Shown here piece after piece: positions 55,453 through 64,000 of a stretch of DNA of 64,000 nucleotides; position 1 is the first letter of the stretch; each line of letters opens with the position of its first letter. A model generated the notes under the pieces. The model was not told the DNA's origin, ran no database searches, and saw only the letters and a list, made by a program, of their open reading frames with translations. Made by a program: the position numbers and the translations under genes. Source of the stretch: Octopus vulgaris (taxonomy: Eukaryota); NCBI GenBank assembly GCA_951406725.2, contig OX597842.1:9300001-9364000 (forward strand). The letters run 5' to 3'.

Positions 55453-55794
55453 CTGCAAGGAGAAACAACAGTAACAACAACATCACTGAGAATAATATTT
55501 GTTTCTTGTAAAGGGACAAGGCCTGAGAGCTTGGGGAAAGGGGCTAAGTCAATTATGTCGACCCCAGTGTATCACTGGTACCTATTTTATTGATCTCAAA
55601 AGGATGAAAGGCTAAGTCAACCTCGGCAGAATTTAAACAAAAAGAATAATAATAATAATAATAATAATAATGATAATAATTATAATAACACTGGTTTCAA
55701 ATTTTGGCACAAGGCCAGCAAAAAGTTGATTACATTAAGCGTCAGTATTTGACTAGAGCTTCATTTTACTGAGCCCTAAAAAGATGAAAGGCAG

Positions 55795-55837
<43 letters not shown>

Positions 55838-55970
55838 AAGTAGAAGTAGTTGTTGTTGTAGTAGCAGTAGTAGTAGTAATAATAACAGCAGCAGTAGTAG
55901 TAATAGCAGCAGTAGGAGTAGTAATGGTAGCAGTAGTAATAGTAGTAGCAGTAGTAGTAATAACAGCAGC

Positions 55971-56013
<43 letters not shown>

Positions 56014-56060
56014 ATAGCAGCAGTAGTAATAGCAGTAGTAGTAATAGCAACAGCAGTAGC

Positions 56061-56100
<40 letters not shown>

Positions 56101-56182
56101 ATAGCAGCAGCAGCAGCAGAGGTTAACAAGAAGGACACATGTCCCCTGTCCCCACCCCACCCCCCTTTCCCTCGTTACTTAC

Positions 56183-56391
56183 TTGCGTGCGTTGACGAAC
56201 TTCTTGATCAAGACCACTTTCTGTTTCAGTTCGTCCAGCCTGTACTCAATGTGCATCTTGTTGTCGGTGTTGTCGTCGTTGCTGCCGCTGTTGGCGTCGG
56301 CGTCGCTGTCCAGGGACTTCTGCAGACACTTGCACGCCTCGCCCAGCGCACCCAGCGATTTCTCGTAGTTCTGGTACTCATCGATCTCCGC
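56183..56391 (-). CDS. IFT140: IFT140 coding exon
   Basis: AEIDEYQNYEKSLGALGEACKCLQKS...LIKKFVNAR. 209 nt, phase 0/2, GTAAGT donor. This frame is not in the ORF track. Confidence 0.92.
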
Positions 56392-57958
56392 CTGGAAACA
56401 GACACAAGAAAGGATATATGTGTGTATATATATATACTCTTTACTCTTTTACTTGTTTCAGTCATTTGATTGCGGCCATGCTGGAGCACTGCCTTTAGTT
56501 GAGCAAATCGACACCAGGACTTATTCTTTGTACTTATTCTATCGGTTTCTTTTGCCGAACTGCTAAGTTACAGGGACGTAAACACACCGGCATCGGTTGT
56601 CAAGCGATGCTAGGAGACAAACACAGACACACAAACATACACACACACACACACATATATATATATACATATATACGACGGGCTTCTTTCAGTTTCTGTC
56701 TACCAAATCCACTCACAAGGCTTTGGTCGGCCCGAGGCTATAGTAGAAGACACTTGCCCAAGATGCCACGCAGTGGGACTGAATCCGGAACCATGTGGTT
56801 GGCAAGCAAGCTACTTACCACACAGCAACTCCATATATATGACATCATCATCATCGTCATCGTCATCATCATGGATGCCACAGTCATCATCATCATCATG
56901 GATGCAACAGTCATCATCATCAACATCATCATCTGTGTCATTATCATTGCCCTCATCAACACCATAATCATCATCATCATTGTTGTCGTCGTCATCATTC
57001 TCATCATCATCATCATCAAAACCATCACCACCACAACCATCATCATCATCATCACCATCAACATCGTCATCTTCATCAGTAGCAGCATTGTCATCATCAT
57101 TATCATCACCACCATCATCAAAATCATCATCATCATGATCACCATCATCATCTCATCAACATCATCATCAACTTCATAACTGCCACCACCATATGCAGCG
57201 GCAGTAGCATTTACCTTCCATACAGCTGTATGGTAAGAAATTCATTTCCCAATCATGTGGTCTTGGGTTCAGTCCTGCTTCTACTACAACCCCGGGTCAA
57301 TCAATGCCTTACGAGTGAATTTGGTATGAGACCCATCCTCATCCTCCTCCTCATCATCATCCTCATCCTAATCATCCTCGTCGACGTCATTGTCATCGTC
57401 ATCGTTTAACATCCACTTTCCATGGGTTGGATGATTTGACTGAGGTCAGGCGAACCAGATGGCTGCACCAGGCTCCAGTCTTGACCTGGCAGAGTTTCTA
57501 CAGCTGGATGCCCTTCCTAATGCCAACAACTCCGAGAGTGTAGTGGGTGCTTTTACATGCCACCGGCTCGAGGGCCAGTCAGGCGGTATTGGCAATGGCC
57601 ACGCTCAAATGGTGTTTTTTTACGTGCCACCTGCACAGGGGCCAGTCCAGTGGCAGTGGCAATTGAATGGTGCTTTTTACGTACTACCGGCATGGAAGCC
57701 AGCTTGCTGCTCTGGTAACGATCACGCTTGGATGGTGCTCAATGATTAAAGAATAGATGATGGTTATAAGAGAAGCACAAAGGGACTATTCAATCTGCTA
57801 GAAATACCAACCAAATCTCACTCAAAACACATCTTACTATCCTAAAAAAGGTACACATAAAACACAGTAACAGTGGTCACAGCTAGAATGTCTTTGATCT
57901 AAGTCTACTGGATTGGTATTTGCCTGGGGTCAAACAATAAAAACCAACATGATCTTAC

Positions 57959-58171
57959 CTGTGCACAGACATCATAGAATGCAGCGAGGGAGTCGAGGGC
58001 CTTGGCCTTCATGTAGAAGTTGACGATGTTCTTCATGATGTCGGTGTTGTTGCGCCAGTCGAGGGACTGGAGGTAGTTGGCAGCCATTACGTAGATCTCC
58101 CTCTGTCGGGAAACGTTGGCGAAGAACGAGATCTTCTCTGTGTCACCAGACTTTAGTAGACACTTCATGGC
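57959..58171 (-). CDS. IFT140: IFT140 coding exon
   Basis: [40 protein letters not shown]...FYDVCAQ, a highly conserved IFT140 segment. 213 nt, phase 0/0. Confidence 0.96.
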
Positions 58172-60880
58172 CTGAAAAAGAGACAACAGTTTATATATGT
58201 GTGTGTGTGTGTGTAAATTTCAAGTGACAGTGTGACCTTCATTCCATTAACCCATTAGTGCCCAAATTTTTTTTTATTTGATTTCATCATCATCATCATC
58301 ATCATCATCATTTAGCGTCCGCTTTCCATGCTAGCATGGGTTGGACGGTTCAACTGGGGTCTGGGAAGCCAGGAGGCTGCACCAGGACCAGTCTGATCTG
58401 GCAGTGTTTCTACAGCTGGATGCCCTTCCTAACACCAACTACTCCGTGAGTGTAGTGGGTGCTTTTTACGTGCCACCCGCACAGGTGCCAGACGGGGCTG
58501 GCAAACGGCCACGGACAGATGGTGCTTTTTATGTGCCACCCGCACAGGTGCCAGACGGGGCTGGCAACGGCCACGATCGGATGGTGCTTTTTATGTCCCA
58601 CCGGCACAGGTGCCAGACGAGGCTGGCAAACGGCCACGGACGGATGGTGCTTTTTATGTGCCACCGGCACGGGGGCCAGGCAAGGCTGGCAATGGCCACG
58701 ATCAGATGGTGCTTTTTTTTTATAAAACTTTACCTGATATTACCTAAATTACCTAAATATATGAAAATATATGATTACCTAAATATATGAAAAAAAATTT
58801 TAAGTGCAGGAGTGGCTGTGTGGTAAGTAGCTTGTTTACCAACCACATGGTTCCGGGTTCAGTCCCACTGCATGGCACCTTGGGCAAGTGTCTTCTACTG
58901 TAGCCTGGCACCAACCAAAGCCTTGTGAGTGGATTTGGTAGATGGAAACAGCAGCAGGTTTCATCAGCCTGTGAAGAGATCCCTGACCTGACTCCACGAA
59001 CCTATGTCCTGTGATCGCAAGATCGAAGACTATCAGATGTTGTTATACATCACTTGTCACAATGCACTTTAAATTGTTTTAGCTTTCACGTGATGCCATA
59101 CTTCTGGCTCAGAAAGCAGGCCAACAATTCCCCAATCAGAAAACTATTCTGTCAGAGGGCTACCCCTTTTTTTTGGGTTTTTTTTTTGCCTACAAGGAGC
59201 TAAACATAAAGGGGACAAACAAGGACAGACAAAGGGATTAAGTCGATTACATCGACCCCAGTGCATAACTGGTACTTATTTAATCGATCCCGAAAGGATG
59301 AAAGGCAAAGTCAACCTCGGCAGAATTTGAACTCAGAACGTAGCAGCAGACGAAATACCACTAAGTATTTCACCCGGTGTGCTAACATTTCTGCCAGCTC
59401 GCCACCCATTTGCAGCTGAGTGGACTGGGGCAATGTGTAATGAAGTGTTCTCTTCAAGAACACAACATGCTGCTCAGTCAAGAAATGAAACCCAAAATCT
59501 TTCATTGTAGTCTCATCAACACACTACAATAGTCTATGATACACAACAATGATCACAATATATGTTCTAGTTCACTATATAAACTACCACATTGATTCCT
59601 AGCACTGGCAACTTCCTCAATACAGAATGAACAATATATTCATTCTGTATCATGGGAAGTCACCAGTGATACACATGTTAAACCACAAGACCACACAACT
59701 TCACCAAAAAATATATATGTTTAAAAAAATGTTTAAGTAAAGACTGTTTCTCAACATAACATGGCAGTACTACAAAGTACTGTTGCTGAATATCTCACAC
59801 TGTGAGATTTAAAAATAGTAATTTTGTAATTTATAAATCAGTTACTAGTTGTCACTGTCATCATCCTCATCATCATCGTTTAACGTCTGCTTTCCATGCT
59901 AGCATAGGTTGGACGATTTGACTGAGGACTGGCGAACCAGATGGCTGCACCAGGCTCCAATCTTGATTTGGTAGCAGTTCTACAGCTGGATGCCCTTCCT
60001 AATGCCAACCACTCCGAGAGTGTAGTGGGTGCTTTTACGTGCCACCGGCATGAAGGGCCAGTCAGGCAGTACTGGCAACGGTCAGAGAAAATCGTGTTTT
60101 TTTTTACGTGTCACCTGCACACCAGCACTTCGAACGGGAATTTGGCAGCACCACCTCTAGCTGAACAATTATTCTGTGCTGATGAAGGGAAATAACCTGG
60201 AAATCACAATACACAGATATTGTCTTGAGCTGAGTGGGGGGTGCTAGATTCCCTTGTTTGAAAATATAAGGACACAGATTGTGTCGTATAGCCAGCTGGA
60301 GACAATGTTTCCTAGGGCTAAATTACAGCAACATTCATCTTAGACCAGGACTGCCATGTTATGTTGGCAAACAATCTTTACTACAAAGTACTGTTGCTGA
60401 ATATCTCTTGTTGTGAGATTTAAAAATAGTAATTTTCCAAAATTTTAAAAACCTCTAATTTATAGCAAAATTAGATCACTGGTGTATAAGAAAACATAGC
60501 GTGATATGAGTTTGGTAGACAAAGTGTTAATGGAAAAAGAAAGTACTTTAACATTTCAGATATTAGACCTTCATCAGGAGACAAAGAGAAAAGTTTTATA
60601 TCTTTCTATTGGGTATATAAATTAATGAAGCAGGAGGGAAAGAAAATATATACATGACGCACTACTATTAATATTACACAAGGTTAAACGCTCTCAGACA
60701 CTGCTCACAGTGAACTGCATCGCTCATAGTTCTTTACTTTATAACAATGAGTCAGTTCACCTTTAGTCATTTGGTGGTGGTGGTGGTGGTGGGGCTGATC
60801 AGAATCCTTCCACAACAAAGAGTACAGATGATGTGTATGAAAATGCTTGAGTGTGGAAAAGGTATTGAAAGACCACCTAC

Positions 60881-61090
60881 CTTCACTCTATTGCCGGACT
60901 GTGTGTATTTCTTTGTAGCCAGGTGGTACTGCCCTTGAAGCATGCAGATCTTTCCGATTCCTTCCAGAATCTTCAGTCTCTCACTACTGTCTGGGCCACC
61001 AGATGTATTCTTTGGTGGGCTCAACTTCTCAGCCAGCTCTGGGGTCACTGTGATACTCTTCTCCATCAGAAGCTGTATGGCTTCCCAGTA
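60881..61090 (-). CDS. IFT140: IFT140 coding exon
   Basis: YWEAIQLLMEKSITVTPELAEKL...QGQYHLATKKYTQSGNRVK. AG/GT boundaries, 210 nt, phase 0/0. Confidence 0.93.
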
Positions 61091-61109
61091 CTGGTAGAAA
61101 CAAACAGAC

Positions 61110-61149
<40 letters not shown>

Positions 61150-61375
61150 CACACACACACATATATATGTATATATACACATATATATAGGGAGAGTTTA
61201 CAAAAAAAACAAAAGACGAAGACAGGTGGTGTACAAAACAAACAGATGTATTAGTATAACACTCAGGAATAGAAAAAGTCTTTTACATTTCGAGCCTACG
61301 CTCTTCTACAGAAAGGGACACAGAAAAAACAAGGAGAGAAAAAAATGTGTGTAGTGGCTAACGATCTATCATGGT

Positions 61376-61409
<34 letters not shown>

Positions 61410-61609
61410 GTAAATGTAATATGTGACAATTATTCAGTAGCCATGATAAAACTCCGAGTTTTGGATGTCGGGGTGGAAATTGTCACATATTACATTTACA
61501 GATAAATTCCTCTATTTACATAATATCGAGGTCTCTTTCTTTCTTTTGTTGTCTTGCCATTTCTATCAATATATATGTGTGTGCGTGTGTGTGTGTATAC
61601 ATATTTATG

Positions 61610-61640
<31 letters not shown>

Positions 61641-62511
61641 ATGTATATACATATTTATATATACATGCATGTGTGCGTGCGTGTATGTGTATATATATGT
61701 ATATATATGTCATCATTGTTTAACGTCTGCTTTCCATGCTAGCATGGGTTGGACAAATGACTGAGGGCTGGTGAACCAGATGGCTGCACCAGTCTCCAGT
61801 CTTGATCTGGCAGAGTTTCTACAGCTGGATGCCCTTCCTAACACCAACCACTCCAAGAGTGCAGTGGGTGCCTTTACGGGGCCAGTCAGGTGGCACTGGC
61901 AATGACCTCGCTCGAATCTTTTACACATGCCACCGGCACAGGTGCCAGTAAGGCGATGCTGGTAATGATCCCACTCGAATGGTGTTTTTTACGTGCCACC
62001 AGCACGGAGGCCACATAGCTGCTCTGGTATTGACCATGCTCGGATGGTGCTCTTAATACCCTACTAGCACGGGACTTGAGTGTCAATAGTGCGATGCTGA
62101 TAACGATCACATATAGATAGATAGATAGATAGATAGAGAGACAGATACATAGACATACAAACACATATACATGTATGTATAAAATTAATGTGGGCAGCTG
62201 GGTGCAGTATAAACTGTATATGCAAAATTTAGTTGTCACTAATTGTAACTCTATGTGCTGCAGGCACATATATTGCTAGAAATAAGAGTTAAACCACTTA
62301 GAGCTGCATAAAAGTCTCCAGTGTTCTGGCTTTGTTTCGCTCATGGGCAGTTATCTACCTTGTGAGTATATATTAATGTGCTTTTATGCAGCTATAAGTG
62401 GTCTAACTCTTATTTCTAGCAATAATTATAGCACCACGACTATAATCACCATGACTACCACAAGTATTGGTGTGATCCCAGGCACACATACAACCATATA
62501 ATGACCACCAT

Positions 62512-62743
62512 AAAGGTGGCGAGCTGGCAGAACCGTTTGCACGCCGGACAAAATGCGTAGCTGTATTTCGTCTGCCGTTACGTTCTGAGTTCAAATTCCG
62601 CCGAGATCGACTTTGCCTTTCATCCTTTCAGGGGTCGTTAAATTAAGTACCAGTTACGCACTGGGGTCGATGCAATCGACTTAATTCGTTTGTCAGCCCT
62701 TGTTTGTCCCCTCTGTGTTTAGCCCCTTGTGGGCAATAAAGAA
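62512..62743 (+). mobile_element. tRNA-like SINE family C
   Basis: GGTGGCGAGCTGGCAGAA...GAGTTCAAATTCC head and CCCCTTGTGGGCAATAAAGAAA tail. Copies at 26345-26764 (with duplicated 3' part), 46440-46655 and 59175-59405 (-). Confidence 0.8.
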
Positions 62744-62811
62744 ACACATATAATGACCACCACTACTATCACAATGACCTCAACCACACAACTCCACCAC
62801 CCCAATCTTAC

Positions 62812-62994
62812 CTTCTTTGCCATTGCCAATAGCTCCACAGCCTTGTCGTACTGTGCATTTTCCATAAAAAAGTCGGCACACCTCTCCAGGACCTCGGGGT
62901 CAGCCCGGTCATCCAGTTCCAAAGTCATTGCCTGCAATGCCCCAAACTGTTTACTGCTGAATGATAGCTCCAGGGCCTTAGATAAACGGCCAGC
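62812..62994 (-). CDS. IFT140: IFT140 coding exon
   Basis: CTGCAG acceptor. AGRLSKALELSFSSKQFGALQAMTLELDDRADPEVLERCADFFMENAQYDKAVELLAMAKK. GTAAGA donor. 183 nt, phase 0/0. Confidence 0.93.
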
Positions 62995-63067
62995 CTGCAG
63001 AAAGAGAAAAAAGATAGGATATTATTTATATCAGGGACATACCACCTAGGTAGACAAGATGGACATA

Positions 63068-63111
<44 letters not shown>

Positions 63112-63150
63112 ACTAATGTTTAGTATTGCAAATTATATTGAATTGGAACG

Positions 63151-63224
63151 ATCATACTGACGAGTCTGCGAACAAAAGATTACATAAGTAATTTATTAGG
63201 TAATAGACGAAACCGGTATATGAT
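63151..63224 (+). ncRNA. Type I hammerhead ribozyme motif with canonical core
   Basis: Stem I ATCATA/TATGAT, CTGACGA, stem II GTCT/AGAC, GAAAC-CG-GTA. Predicted cleavage after 63218. Confidence 0.8.
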
Positions 63225-63357
63225 TAATTCTTGATTTTTATATAATTTTCATCTGTCTTGCTCGCTTTTTCTCTGGAGAACATCATTTTCTTTGTAGTTA
63301 GATCATATATGATCATCTAGCGTATGGTTATCCACCTAATGGTTTATCCCTAAATAT

Positions 63358-63423
<66 letters not shown>

Positions 63424-63925
63424 ATATATATATATAGTCAATCCAAACATAAACAAGCAAGGAAAAAAGACAATGTGAGGACGTGGAATAAGTCCAGTGT
63501 TATTGGATGCTCAGGAAAGGAAAGAAAACAAAGAGGATTTCATGTTTCGAGCAGAGCTCTTCATCAGAAATATAGAAAAAGTCCAAAGAAAGGAAGACAG
63601 AGAAAGAAAATCGCCAACGATGCACACGGGTGGTCACATATTGAAATGACCAGAAGGGAATGGGTGAAGGAAAAGTTCTTTCAAAGACAGGAGAGTGCAA
63701 GAGAAGGAGGTATGTGTGTGTACATGAGGGTATGTGCGTGTGTGCAGGTCTGTGTTTGTGTGTGTGTGGTTGTGGCTGTTTATGTGTGTGTGGTTGGACT
63801 TAGTGTTGCTTAAGGTCATTGGAAGAATTTATAGTAAGAATTTTTGTAGGAGTGGCTGCCTGTTGTGTGTCTACCTGCTATATATATATATATATATATA
63901 TACATACACATAGGGCCTTACTCAC

Positions 63926-64000
63926 CTTGTGGTATAACATCACAGCATTACCTTCCATACCCAATTTGTGTTCAAAATACCTGGCTGCCTCTACCATGTC
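63926..64000 (-). CDS. IFT140: IFT140 coding exon (partial, runs off the window)
   Basis: DMVEAARYFEHKLGMEGNAVMLYHK, then AAG|GTGAGT donor, phase 0. Confidence 0.9.

Overview
This is AT-rich animal genomic DNA packed with microsatellites and SINEs. The repeat landscape suggests an octopus or related coleoid cephalopod, which is my inference. Three protein-coding genes are supported. (1) A two-exon LHFPL7/TMEM211-like tetraspan gene (+, 3425-4058 joined to 21405-21643, 290 aa, 17.3 kb intron) with a Ser/Thr/Pro repeat insertion. (2) A STEAP2/3/4-type metalloreductase with an uninterrupted CDS (-, 32636-34342) and a poly-Ser/Asn loop insertion. (3) The last seven coding exons of IFT140 (-, 64000 to 51448), all GT-AG with matching phases. 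The rest is mobile DNA and simple repeats: at least three tRNA-headed SINE families, RTE LINE 3' ends, a near-complete IR/DR Tc1 (DD34E), a deleted mariner, hAT-, Merlin-, pogo- and piggyBac-type MITEs, and a MITE-derived tandem array. The least explained signal is about ten type I minimal hammerhead-ribozyme motifs in short non-coding elements of several unrelated families, mostly beside (TA)n tracts. One has a fully canonical core (63151-63224). They look like Penelope-like or retrozyme-type elements. Almost all other ORFs in the supplied track are microsatellite or SINE translation artefacts. Repeat boundaries were read by eye and are approximate unless a TSD or TIR is quoted.
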